This document shows positions 27,140 to 39,800 of a DNA stretch of 64,000 nt, in pieces; within the stretch, counting starts at the first letter, position 1; the number at the start of each line of letters is the position of its first letter. The DNA lies in contig NC_052154.1 of the NCBI RefSeq assembly GCF_902713615.1, positions 142,083,263 to 142,147,262 on the forward strand, in the 5' to 3' direction. This DNA is from Scyliorhinus canicula. Its lineage: Eukaryota. Both the position numbers and the translations under genes were made by a program. Under the pieces are notes generated by a model that made no database searches, was not told the origin of the DNA, and saw only the letters and a program-made list of their open reading frames with translations.

Positions 27140-27862
27140 TGAACCTCTCTGTCAAAAAATAGAATGGGCATGGTTTACACCATCACTCTGATGGGGCAGG
27201 CCAGGAACCAGCTCCAAGAGATCAGGGCACCGTCTTTAAAGAGTGCCTCCATTAACACTGCAGTCCAACGGTCCCTAGCCCCCATCACCTCGGTATCTGG
27301 GCTCCCACTTTGACATTCATCGCTGCCAACTCCACCACCCCACTGGCAACATTCATCACTGGCAACCCCAACCCACCGATCACACAACAATGCAGCTCCC
27401 CCCCCCCCCCCTCCCCCCGGGCTCCCATTACAAACTGCCCTTGGCACCGCCTCTGGCACAGGTAGGCACTTGTCTGGCACAGGTTGGCATTGTCAACCTG
27501 GCCATGCAACCTGTTACATGACAGCACGAGGGCATTGCCCAGGCATGTCCCCTTACCCCCTTCTACATGTCCAGAGGGATCCTCTCGACTGCCTCATGCC
27601 TGGCCAAATCTATTGAATATTTAGTGAGGGGGGGATCATTTGGTGGGAAGGACAGCTTCCAACATGGGAATAGGCTAACATTTATTAAAATGAGGTTCAT
27701 GCTTTTTGTGGACGTGAATCTCTGGACATTGCCGGCAAGGGGGCGGGGAAAATCGGGAAACACAATCTCTCCAGAGAGAATTGGGTTTCCTGATTTTCAT
27801 GAGATGTTCCGTCCTCTCCGCTGATCCTTCCGACGTCGAGTGCAGGCTCAAGATCGTGGCCA
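27140..27862. mobile_element. Harbinger-type MITE
   Basis: ggcac/gtgcc repeat array, poly-C, terminal caagatcgtggcc. Confidence 0.55.
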
Positions 27863-28519
27863 AGGTCTCTACCTGCTTGCAAAGAAATGCAGCCCAGAGA
27901 ATTGTTTTGCTTTGGAAGTTAGAGCTACAATTAGTTTAATAGTATTCATTGAGCCTTGTAAGACAACAACAGATGATGGAGCTGAAGAAGGTTTTCAGGT
28001 TTCAATTTATGTGAGTGTTCTCTGGGGGAGTGACTGTTCTGTAACAGGTGAAAAGGTCTACCAAAAATATGCTGCTGTCAGCAGGGTCCAGGCAGCAAAA
28101 GTGTTGCTGTTAGCTGGCTCTGTTATCTGTGGCTTCGGAGAAGTTCCAGTAGCTGATTGATAGCTCTGTGCAGATAGGGCTCAGAGGAAGCCTTGGGAGC
28201 CATTTATGCCTTGATGTAATTGGGGTGATTGGAGCTCGGGGAAATCATTGGGTAGTGGTGGCAACCTGAAGCTAGCCTGCTATTAAAGAGCTGAAATTGC
28301 ACCAATAAATAGAGGTTGGAGTGCAGACTCATAAATCCAGAGGAAGGGAGTGCCTTGAGATGAATTTAAAACCTTGAGAGCTGTGCAGTCACTGAGGCAG
28401 CCTGAGTTGGACTAGCCTTGAGGGAATTCAAAAGGCACAATCTAGCCAAAATAAAACAGTGTAATCGCTCCCAGAACCACCCGCTATCTATCAGCATTCT
28501 GTCTTGTTTTCATGCCACA

Positions 28520-29635
28520 GCGGAGAATGCCCTATCTAGGCAGAACTTAGTCGCATTTTCAGCACTGAGGAGCTCTGACAAGTAGAGTGTCTCAATGCAG
28601 GAAGGGATCTGGAACCATTTTTAAATGGTGCCCCAATCTCATGAACCTCTGACCCATTGCCCGGCCGCCCCCTAATACCCCAACTCATATGCCGGATAGT
28701 CCTCGGGCCTCCCGCACTCCACCTCATATGGACAGGGTACCCCTGGGCCTGATCCCGGTGCAGGCACAATGGCAGCATGGCACCTTGGCACTGCCAGCAT
28801 GGAACTCTGGCAGTGCTACCCAAGCATCCTGCAAATGCCACGCTAGCATATTGGTGGCACAACCAGTGTGCCAGGCTGGCAGTGCAAAGGTGCCCCGCTG
28901 GCACCAGCGGTGTCAGGGTGCTAGCCTGGCCAGAGACCAATCACCGATCATCTGGGAGACCCCCAGGTACCCTTCCAAACGGGGAGCAGTACTGAACGAC
29001 ACCTGGCTGGGGTCTCCTCGGTGAGGCCGGTAGGTGGTGGGTGGCCATTTGATCTAGCGAAGGCAGAGGAAAGTCAGCTTCTCAGCCGAATCCACTCTGC
29101 GAGACTGGATCCCAACATTGCATTGTATTCTCGATACAGATTTCAAAGTCTCATGAGATCTGGTTAGATCTGGTACCCTGGGCAGCAGGGTAGCATGGTG
29201 GTTAGCATAAATGCTTCACAGCTCCAGGGTCCCAGGTTTGATTCCCGGCTGGGTCACTGTCTGTGTGGAGTCTGCACGTCCTCCCCCTGTGTGCGTGGGT
29301 TTCCTCCGGGTGCTCCGGTTTCCTCCCACAGTCCAAAGATGTGCGGGTTAGGTGGATTGGCCATGCTAAATTGCCCGTAGTGTCCTAATAAAAGTAAGGT
29401 TAAGGGGGGGTTGTTGGGTTACGGGTATAGGGTGGATACGTGGGTTTGAGTAGGGTGATCATAGCTCGGCACAACATCGAGGGCCGAAGGGCCTGTTCTG
29501 TGCTGTACTGTTCTATGTTCTATGTTCTATCTCACGGGGCATAAATGCTGTCAGGAAGTCCAGGGGAGGTCTCTCCCAGCACCTACCGGATGCATCACAC
29601 CCCCATTCTGGTACATCGCGGCCAGTAGATCGTGC
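28520..29635. mobile_element. Harbinger-type MITE interrupted by an HE1-like SINE
   Basis: ggcac-repeat interior as in 16936-17689; terminal gtagatcgtgccc. Confidence 0.55.
29180..29530 (+). mobile_element. Full-length HE1-like SINE
   Basis: tRNA-like head, V-domain core, CR1-derived gggccgaagggcctgttctgtgctgtac plus (TTCTATG)n tail. Confidence 0.92.
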
Positions 29636-30024
29636 CCTTAACCTTTGTAAGTGAAAAACCTGGAGATATATGTGTGAGAGAGAGAGTTTCAAGGAGATTG
29701 GTTGACACTCTGGGCAGAGTCTTACCATTCTTTTCAAAGGCGTTATTTTACAGCCACGCTGCGCCCCGAAAAGCAGCCTGCCGCAGCCCAACATGGCTGC
29801 CAGAAACCAGGAGACACTGCTCACAGGATCTACCCGGCTCACAACGCCTTGCGAGATGTAGCGATGTAAACCGCCCCATTGTGGGTGGGATCACTTTTTA
29901 GCAAATCGGCATATTAAAGTGAGACAGCTAGTCTCACTTTAATGTGCAGATTCCCGAGGTACCTAAGGCATTGGGATATATCTCCTTCACCTCGGAGACC
30001 TCAGGCGAATGCCGTTCAGTACTG

Positions 30025-32524
30025 ATGGCTCTGTAAAGTCATCGCAGTCTGACATCCTGAGGATCAGTAAATCCTTTTATGCCGGACTGTCTGATCTGAA
30101 GCCAACAGATAGCACTGCTTCACAGACCTTCCTGTCGTCTATCACGGAGGTCTTGGGCGACAGCGAGCGGGAAAACCTGGACAAACCGCTAACTCTGGAC
30201 AAGCTAACAAAGGCCGTCAAGTCCTTTGAGACGAGCAAAACTCCCGGAAGCAACGACTTACAGGCTGAGTTGTATTCGGCTCTGTGGGACTGGATGGGCC
30301 CAGACCTGCTGCAAGTGTACGAGAGTATGCTTCGGGACGGCAGCATGTCAGAATCCATGAGGAAAGGCATCATCACCCTCATCTACAAGCAGAAGGGGGA
30401 AAGGGAAGAAATTCAAAATTGGCGACCCATTTCACTGTTGAATGTGGATTACAAAATTCTCGTCCAGGTCATCGCCAATCGGGTCAGGTCTGCTCTGGAG
30501 TCGGTGATCCACCCTGACCAGACCTGTACTGTACCCGGCAGGAAGATCTCTGATAGCCTCTCGCTACTCAGGGATACGATCGCCTACGTGCAGGACAGGA
30601 GGGTGGACACCTGCCTCATCAGCCTTGACCAGGAGAAGGCTTTTGACAGAATATTGCACACCTACATGATGGATGTGCTCTTCAAAATGGGGTTTGGGGA
30701 GGGAATTCGCAATTGGATCAAACTGCTCTACACAAACATCTATAGCGCAGTCTCAATCAATGGGTGGGAATCAGAAAAGTTGCAGATCAAATCTGGAGTC
30801 AGGCAGGGCTGCCCACTCTCCTCGGCCCTGTGCTGCATAGAACCTTTTGCCGAGTCCATCAGGAAGGATCCGGGTATAAAAGCAATGACAATCCCAGGCA
30901 GCGGAGGCATGCAAGTCAAGGCCTCCCTGTACATGGATGACGTCGCCGTTTTCTGCTCCGATTCCGCGTTTGTACGCAGGCTCTTGAATGCCTGCGACCA
31001 GTTTGGACTGGTTTCGGGAGCCAAGGTAAACCGCGGCAAGAGCGAGGCCATGTTCTTTGGGAACTGGGCTGACCGGTCCGTTGTCCCCTTCACTGTCAGG
31101 TCAGATTATCTGAAGGTGCTGGGGATATGGTTCGGAGCGGCTGGGGCGTGCACCAAAAACTGGGAGGAGCGCATTGCCAAGGTAAGACAGAAACTGGGCT
31201 GGTGGGAGCAACGCTCCCTCTCCATTGCAGGCAAAACCCTGGTCATCAGGTGTGAGGTACTCTCTGTGTTACTGTATGTAGCGCAGGTCTGGCCCATTAC
31301 CCGACCCTACGCTGCAGCAGTCACCCGGGCCATCTTCAAATTCATCTGGAGATCCAAGATTGACCGTGTCCGAAGGGACACCATGTACAAATCTCTGGAT
31401 AAAGGAGGGAGGAACGTGCCCAACGTCACCCTCATTCTGATGGCCCCCTTTGTGTGCAGCTGCATCAAGCTGTGCGTGGACCCCCAATATGCAAACACCA
31501 AGTGTCACTACATACTGAGGTTCTACCTTTCCCCGATGTTACGAAGGATGGGCATGGCCTCATTGCCGCGGAATGCTCCAAGTAGTTGGACCGTGTCGTA
31601 CCACCTGTCCCTCGTGGAAAAATGTTTGAAGAAAAACACCTTTGACCACAAGGCAATGAAGCAGTGGTCAGCACATAATGTCCTCGAGGCCCTCAGGGAA
31701 AAGGAGACTGTGGAGGACGTTGGATGGTTCCCTGAGCAGACTGTCAGAGTCATCTGGCAGAATGCCTCATCACCAGAACTGTCAAACAAGCACCAAGACC
31801 TAGCTTGGCTGGTGGTGAGAAGGGCCCTCCCTGTCAGATCCTTCATGCACACCCGAAGTCTCAGCACCGTTGCACGCTGCCCTCGGAGTGACTGTGGGGG
31901 AAATGAGACGGTCACCCACCTCCTTGTGGATTGTGCCTTTGCAAAGAACGTCTGGAGAGAGATGTCAAGGTTCATCCCGAGCAGCTCTGTAACACAGGGC
32001 TCTGTGCTCTACGGACTGTTTCCAGGGACACACACCTAAACAAACATCAACTGCTGCTGGAAGGTCATCAACTCGGTGAAAGACACTCTTTGGTCTGCCC
32101 GAAACGTGCTGATCTTCCAGTGCAAAGAATTGTCCTCGACCGAGTGTGGCAGACTGGCACATTCCAAGGTCCAGGACTACGTGCTGAGGGATGCACTCAA
32201 GCTTGGGGCAGCTGCCCCCAAGGCGCAATGGGGAAAGACCACAGTGTAAGGTCTTCCCAGCAAATGTACACCGAGGGGCTGGTAACTGTGTAAAACCTCT
32301 CGGTCTGGGTCATTAACACTCCAATGTATAAAAGAAACATGACAATGTAAATATTTAAGAAAGAATTCTTAAAGAGGGATATGTGTGTAATGTCATCCCA
32401 ATTGAATGGAAGAAAGTCAAGTGAATGTGTAACTTTGATGGAAATGTACAGTCAAGACAATTCGAAATGTTCTGTAATGTTTATTATAGATTTTATGAAT
32501 AAAGTATATTTTTTGGGAAAATAA
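30025..32524 (+). mobile_element. 5'-truncated L1/Tx1-clade LINE ORF2 (RT plus CCHC finger) with a premature stop at 32037
   Basis: NWRPISLLNVDYKIL, SLDQEKAFD, GVRQGCPLS, YMDD, CPRSDC...HLLVDC; frame continues to TAA at 32247-32249; 3' end ttttatgaataaagtatattttt. Confidence 0.92.
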
Positions 32525-33035
32525 ACTGTTCTCCACAAACGGGGATCAGACGGAACAGCACTCGTGGGGGTCTCCCAGGGGTTCGGAGGCCTCCAGGTTT
32601 ATGCCCATTCGACAGGGTGGTACCCTGATACTGCCAGCCTGGAACCCTGGCACTGCCAGCTGGCATGGGTGCCAGGTTGATGCTGCCAATTTGCCATGTT
32701 GCCTTTGTTGAGCAGTGATCCAGCCAGGCGTGCCCTGCATGGGTGTTCATAGGGTCTAGGGGACCCTCCCATAGTGCGTTTGGGCTTGTGGGGGTCACTT
32801 CAGGGCCTCCAGAGACTAGGACGCCATTTAAATCTCTCACTACACTGAGGAGTTCTGGTGTGCGGAGCTCCTCAGTGCCCACAACAGGGCTATGTGTGGC
32901 CTCAGCAGCAAGTTCCTCTCTGAGGCCCCCTATCTAAAGCATGTGCCATTTTTAGCATTGTGTTTCTCGGAGCTGCGTGTGCCAAGAAACATGCGGCTAA
33001 ATGCACTCGCTATGGGACTTTGTTCCCATCTAGTT

Positions 33036-33263
33036 TTTTTTAATATAAATTTAGTGTACCCAATTCATTTTTTCTAATTAAGGGGCAATTTAGCGTGGCC
33101 AATCCACCTAGCCTGCACATCTTTGGGTTGTGGGGGCGAAACCCATGCAGACACAGGGAGAATGTGCAAACTCCACATGGACTGTGACCCAGAGCTGGGA
33201 TCGAACCTGGGACCTCGGCGCCGTGAGGCTGCAGGGCTAACCCACCGCGCCACCGTGCTGCCC
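33036..33263 (-). mobile_element. Short A-tailed V-SINE with 16-bp TSD
   Basis: TSD ttgttcccat(c/t)tagtt at 33020-33035 and 33264-33279; same form as 1657-1883. Confidence 0.9.
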
Positions 33264-33291
33264 TTGTTCCCATTTAGTTAAATCCCGTCCA

Positions 33292-34010
33292 AAGTCTCAG
33301 GCTCAGACTGAAAACTTGTGTGTAACTCTTCAGTCGCACAGACCAGCTTTCACTCCAGACCTTGAGCCCCTTTAAAAATTAAAAAATGAGTGTGAGGTTT
33401 ACTCCATCACGCTGGCAGGGCGGGACCTGATAGAACCAACATCGAGCTCCAGAGATTAGGGTGCTATCTTTAAAGGGCGCCCCGATCAGAACTGAACTTC
33501 ATACCCAATCCCCCCTCCAGAAAATCACTGGAGGCACCAACCCCCCCAACAATGATCGGGAGCTCCCTCCCCCGATAATCATCAGGAACCACTTCCCCCC
33601 ACCACTGCACAAGTATCGCCGGCGTGCAGGGGGTGGGGGAGCGTCCAATGACTGACCGTTGGTTCGGGAGGGGGGGGACCCCCGAAACCGCCATGGTGCT
33701 GGGGTGGTTGGGGAGAGTTCCATTTCAGTGCTGATTGGGGCGCCATTTCAAGATGGGTGCCCTGATCTCTGTGGAGTATGTTGAAGTAAGTGAATTGAGT
33801 ATGCGGAGCCAACCTTGCTGGCTCTGTCAGACACTACCCCTCCCCCCCCCCTCCCTCCTCGCCGGAATGACAGCGTAAATCTTGCCCACTCATTTTTTAC
33901 TCAGAGAGGCTTAAGGTCTAGAGAGAAAACTGGTCTGTGCAACTGGAGAGCTACACGCCGGTTTCCAGTCTGAGCCTGACACTTTGAAAAAATATGGTAA
34001 GATCCCACCC
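33292..34010. mobile_element. Harbinger-type MITE
   Basis: GC-rich with ctttaaagggcgccccgatc / gattggggcgccatttcaag inverted motifs; terminal gtaagatcccaccc. Confidence 0.5.
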
Positions 34011-34498
34011 AGCGTTTCGCGTTGGAGCTTTAATAAAGCTAGCAAGGCGATAACATTTTCATTTGCCACCTTCAATATAGCAAGTGTGGCATAGCACAAA
34101 GATCATTCATTACTGTTATTGAAGCAATTTAAAACACCGCATACAATTGTCGTGCAACTAAATAGTATCATCATTGAAGGATTATAAATATTGTCATTTG
34201 CATTATTAAACAGCAATGATAATGAAATTAAAATATAGCCCCTTGTATGCTACGGACCACATTAATGCAGATCTGTCAGTCAGAGAATGAATATCAAATT
34301 ATTTGGACATGGTTTATGGATGTGACAGGAGGTTAATGCATTAGCTGTTTTCTTTTACTATTGGCATAAAACTCTTTGCTTATTTTGATCAATTTGAAAA
34401 ATAAGTCATGCCTTTGTGTGAAGAATTATGAATGCAGGGACCATATTGAAATGGCAGTAAGTGGCACAACATTAATCAAAAATATAATTATATTCCAG

Positions 34499-34552
34499 TT
34501 CACTTCAGACCAGATTGCAGGAAAGGATGTTCGTCTCCTGAGAATTAAAAAG
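34499..34552 (+). CDS. USH1C: Harmonin exon: FTSDQIAGKDVRLLRIKK (start of PDZ3)
   Basis: tattccag|TTC...AAG|gtaacc; 54 nt, phase 0/0; resembles human FTPEQIMGKDVRLLRIKK. Confidence 0.95.
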
Positions 34553-35082
34553 GTAACCGTGGATATTGTATCATCAGGATGTATTTAAATTCCTAATTGG
34601 TACCATGCCTATTTTATATGCTTTATTTCCATTATTTTCTCTTCAACACGATCCTCGTCTACAAGTTTGAACAAAATATCTTCACTTTGCATTGCAGCTT
34701 CTAATTAATTTTATTGTCTGGCAAATACAGCATTTTGTCGATGCAGCATTCTGTAAATAATAGCTCTGAAATGTAATTGTGGTAGCGACAGCAGAAGGAA
34801 GGCTTGGCTCCAAGCCACAGGACTGCAGGTTCCAGTGTTGGGTTGTCACTCCAGCTTGGAGAATGAATGTGTCTGTATTTGACCAGGTTAGGTGTCAGCA
34901 TGTAGTAGAATTGGGATGTTCAATGAGAGAACCAAAAAGCAATGCACAATCAACCAAGTGTTACTAGAAATTGGAAAAGAGCAAACTTAATTCGTAGTTG
35001 GAAAATAATAAGTAACTTTTCAAGAATAATTAACGTATGTAGATATGAAGATAATTACAAATTAGTAATCAATATCATTTTA

Positions 35083-35281
35083 AAAAATAAATTTAGAGTA
35101 CTCAATTATTTTTTTTCCCAGTGAAGGAGCAATTTAGCGTGGCCAATCCACCTAGCCTGCACATCTTTGGGTTGTGGGGGTGAGACCCAAGCAAACATTG
35201 AGAGAATGTGAAAATTCCACACTAACTGTAACAGTGACCCGGGGCTGGGATTGAAACCGCGTCCTCAGCACCGTGAGGCAA
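35083..35281 (-). mobile_element. 5'-truncated short V-SINE
   Basis: Closely similar to 33036-33230 (gcaatttagcgtggccaatccacctagcctgcacatctttgggttgtgggg). Confidence 0.85.
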
Positions 35282-35519
35282 TATATTTGTATTTTAAATG
35301 GTCGTGTTTTACCCACAGTAATTCTCTATCAGGCCATAACTGGTATATTTAATGTTCTTGCATGACTTTCTACAAACATGCAAATTAATGAACACAAATG
35401 ACATTAGAATTGCAGGTATGCCATGAGTGATATTTCCACCATCAGAATAACTGTGCACATGCCTTGAATCTTGGCAACATTGGTGAAGGGGCAGTTATAA
35501 AAACAGCTTTGTGACCCAC

Positions 35520-36500
35520 ACCATGGGCTGAACAATTAACTGGAGAGGCAAGGGTGGGTTCTGCACTTGGAAGTCGATGGCCTTTTGATTTCTGGACCCG
35601 CCTTCGGAACATGCCCAATAAATTATAAGTTGGGGCTTGTTAATTTTCAGGGCAGGTTTGAGGCCTTCATTCTGCGCAAACAGTGTTGGAGGGTGGGATG
35701 TCCAACTTCTGCGGTCACTGTCTGTGCACTAGAACAAACTCACAGCCAGTAGTGGCAGGGGACCCAGCAAATACAGGATGCTTCAAATTGTGCAGGATAA
35801 TTTGTCAATGAGCGGTTTGCAGGCTTCTACAGTGAATACAATTTATTTTGAGTTCTGCTATCTCCAAACCTTGTTTGCATGGAGGAGTTGTCTAGTTGTT
35901 GCATGTTTCCCTCCAGAGATGTCTCTGTCACTGGAGCAAGGGGAAAGGCAGGGGAGAAGGGCGAAACCAGCACCTAGATTCAACAAGCACTCCCTCAGAG
36001 CCATCCTTTGTGTAGACACCAACCAACATGAGCAGCTGATGCCTACCCCAGTAAGAGGAGGAAGCTGAGCCAGACATGTGCAGCCTAGGAGAGGTAGCCA
36101 AGAAGGTCAGGAGTTTACGGCTGGTTAGAAGGAAATTGTCCCAATGACAGAAAAGGATCAATAACTTAACGAGGGCAGCCAGGATGAGGAAGGCTCAGTA
36201 TGTGCAGGATGTAATTGTGCATTCAAAGTTTTGCTCCAGTTGTCGGGTGGGTGGTTGGCAGAATTAACATATGATGAATGTGCACAATATCAAGGCTGGC
36301 ACGCACTTAGCAATTAATGGGTAAGTAGCTTGGCATAAAATAATCAGAAACTGTTAAGTAGTGCACTCTTATACATCTTTTCGAGAGGAGCAAGACCACA
36401 ATGCTCATCTCTCTCAGATACTTTATAGTGCAGGGAGATGGCCAGCAATAAAATATGGCACTCAGCAGAGAACTCATCAGCTGAGAAAAGGTCTCCTAAC
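35520..36500 (+). mobile_element. Decayed Harbinger Myb/SANT gene remnant
   Basis: PAPRFNKHSLRAIL... and EVAKKVRSLRLVRRKLSQ*QKRINNLTRAAR resemble the SANT-like domain. Confidence 0.55.
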
Positions 36501-36879
36501 TCATAAGAATTCAAAATAGTAACAGAACTGTTAAGCTGGGACTCAGGACTGAACTGGAGCTTTCAAATCTGCCCAACAAGTTGCCCCTTAAAAAAACAGG
36601 AGTGACACATGGCGTGAACTGGACTCTAAAGTTGTATTACAGTGTTTCCACTTTATTATGGTGGTAAATTAGCTCGTTAATGACCTTAAATACACTATTA
36701 ATTGATACTTATGGGTGGGGCCAATCTTTAAATCTGTCCACTTGCTGTATTAATCCAAACCGATGTCATCATGTCCAGTAATTCGCCTCCGGATGTGGGG
36801 AATGCTCCGATATTGAACGATATTGTTCTGCCCCATGGCTATGCGCTACTCAAGAAATGACCAATAAATTTTCAGCTGG

Positions 36880-39800
36880 GATCAGTAAAGTCTCAGTGGA
36901 CATTCAAGAAGCTATTACACAAAGGTTAATATGCAAGGTAAAAGCTTATATAATTGGGGATAATATGGATAGATGATTCATTAATAGGCAGGAAGTAGGA
37001 AAATGGGGTATTTTCAAGTTGGCAGATTGTAATTAATGGGAATGCTGAAAGGCCTCCACTAACTACAATCCATGTTAATGTCTGAGATTAAAGACCAGGA
37101 ATAATATATCCAAGTTTGTTCATCATCCAATGCCAGGTGGGAATGAAAGCTGTGAGGAGTTCACAAAGAAGTTGCAAAGAGATATGCTGGTTAAGTGAAT
37201 GGGCATCAAGGTGGTAAATGGAATATAATATGGCAAAGTATGAGGTTATTTACATTTGGTATTGAGAATAGACAAGCAGATTTTTTTTTTAATGTGAAAC
37301 TTTTAAATGTTGATGTTCATACTTGGATGTGCTCATACAAGGAATAAAAAAGGCTAGCATACAGGTGCACCAGGAAATTAAGAAGGAAATTGGCAAGCGA
37401 ATTGGAATACAAGAACAAGGAAGTCTTATTACAATAGTACAGAGCTTTGGTGATTTTATGTCCTGTTCACAGCTTTGATCCCTAAATGTGAAGAAGGATA
37501 TATTTGCAATGGATGCAGTTCAGTGGAACTTCACAAAATTGGTCTCTGGGATCCTAGGAGAGGCTGAATAGATTTTAGAAAATGAGAGGGGGACCACAGA
37601 GTCCAGAATTAACATATGATGAATGAGCACAATATCCAGGCTGGCACACACTTAGCTATTAATGGGTAAGCAGCTTGGCATAAAATAATCTGAAACTGTT
37701 AATGAGTGCACTCTTATATATCTTTTCAAGAGGAGCAAGACCACAATGCTCATCTCTCTCAGATACTATATAGTGCAGGGAGATGGCCAGCAATAAAATA
37801 TGGCATTCAGCATGTCATGTTAATCACTCTGGGGTAAGACGGACTGCAACTGGATGCGGTTGTACTTGAAAGTAGACTCCAAACTGTGATGTTAGTTCAA
37901 TATGCTTTATTGAACTTGTTACGCAGTGCACACAGTTCGCTGTGGGTTTGACACTCCACTAATCTAAGCATGCTTACTATAACTAACTAGACCAGACTAG
38001 CTCTGAGCCACGTGTAGAAGATGCTAACTGATATATACACCCTGACTGTCACTACAGTTGTCACCAGTGGAAAGAGGCAGAGTGTTGATGCCTCGTGTGT
38101 TTTATAGTGGGAGACCACCTTCTAGTGTTCTGCCTGGTGACTGGTTGTATTCTGTCCTGTATGTTGATTGGCTGTACTGGGTGTCTGTCACTGCCTGTCT
38201 GTATCTCATTATGTGCATGAGTGCATATCATAACATCTCCCCTTTTTTAAAAGAAAAATTTGGTTGTTTGGAGTATGTGCGACTGTATTTACATGTGGAA
38301 CTATTTACATTAAATGGCGAGTGGATGAATATATACATAGGAGGTGTCTAGCGTGCAGATACAGAACAAAATTTACAAGATAAATGCCTATAAGTCCAAT
38401 CTTTGGGGCTTGCATCGGATCCTTGTCGACCGCCTGAGAGGTGGAGGTGGGGACGACGGCGCCTTGACAGGCGGGATTGCTGCCAGATTGGTGGCTTCGT
38501 AGTGCGACGTGTCTGGAGGAGGCATAACAACATATGGAAAAGTAGCATCTGGTGGTGGGCAGGCAACTTTGCGTAGTGCCCCCCTGTTGTGCCTGACAAT
38601 GGAGCCATCAGCCATACGAACTACAACTGATCTGGGAGCAGCCTGTCGAACAACCACAGCTGGAGCTGACCAGCCTCCATCAGGTAGCTTGATCCGAACA
38701 GCATCTTCCGGAGATAGCACAGGCAAATCGGTAGCATGAGCATCGTACGTCAGCTTTTGCCGGTTCCTGAGTTGCTGCACCTTTTGCAGCACTGGGAGGT
38801 GATCCAGGTCTGGTGAGTGTATGGCTGGAACAGTCATTCGCAGGTCTCTATTCGTGAGGAGTTACGCCGGGGACATACCGGGGACAGAGGGGTTGCCCTG
38901 TACGCCAACAGCGCAAGGTTGAAGTCAGAAGCAGAGTTCGCAGCCTTGCAGAGCAGTTGCTTCACTATATGGACCCCTTTCTCAACCTTCCCGTTGGACT
39001 GTGGGTAGTGTGGGCTTGTGGTAATGTGGTTGAATTGGTATGACGTGGCAAAATTGGACCACTCTTGACTGTGGAAGCAGGGACCATTGTCGCTCATGAC
39101 AGTGAGTGGAATACCATGCCTGACAAATGTCTCCTTGCAGGCCTTGATGACTGTCCTTGATGTGAGATCTGACAGCTTCACAACTTCTGGGTAATTCAAG
39201 AAGTAATCTATGATGAGCACATAGTCACGCCAATTGGCGTGAAAAAGGTTGATTCCCACCTTGGACCACGGAGAGGTCACGATCTCGTGTTGCTAGAGTG
39301 TTTCTTTTGTTTGAGCAGGCTGGAAACGCTGGCAGGTCGCACAATTGAGGACCATGTTGGATATGTCCTGGCTAGCCTGCCGGGCCCTGCGCCTACACTT
39401 TGATACCTAGGTGTCCCTCGTGGATTTGTATGAGCACTAAGTGCTGCAGATTGTGAGGTATAACAATACGATCTAGCTTGAGGAGGATCCCCTCGACGAC
39501 TGTCAGGTCGTCCTTCACATTAAAGAACTGAGGGCATTGCCCTTTGTGCCAGCCATTTGCCAGGTGGTGCATTACATGCTGCAGAAGAGGGTCTTTGGCA
39601 GTCTCTTCATGAATGCTGATCACTCTTTCATCTGAGGCCGGGAGGTTGCTAGCACACATCTGCACCTGTGCCACAATCTGGCGGATTAAGTCAACCTGTT
39701 CACAGGGCGAGGAGATGGAGCGGGACAGGGCATCCGCAATTATCAGCTCCTTGCCTGGTGTGTATACTTACTCAAAATCGTACCTACAGAGTCGAAGAAA

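Larger units (their letters stand above)
29739..33290. mobile_element. Harbinger-type MITE split by a Tx1/L1 element and a SINE
   Basis: Flanks 29739-30024 and 32525-33290 rejoin (gccgttcagtactg|ttctccacaaacgggg), as in the uninterrupted relative at ~17408-17447 on the minus strand. Confidence 0.75.

Noticed and set aside
29180-29260. tRNA genes at SINE heads (also 1657, 14347, 18823)
   Set aside because: A/B boxes run directly into SINE bodies; no intact cloverleaf is evident.
30009-30024. ATG start of the 676-aa ORF as a real gene start
   Set aside because: The first codons come from the host MITE; the LINE is 5'-truncated and lacks the endonuclease.
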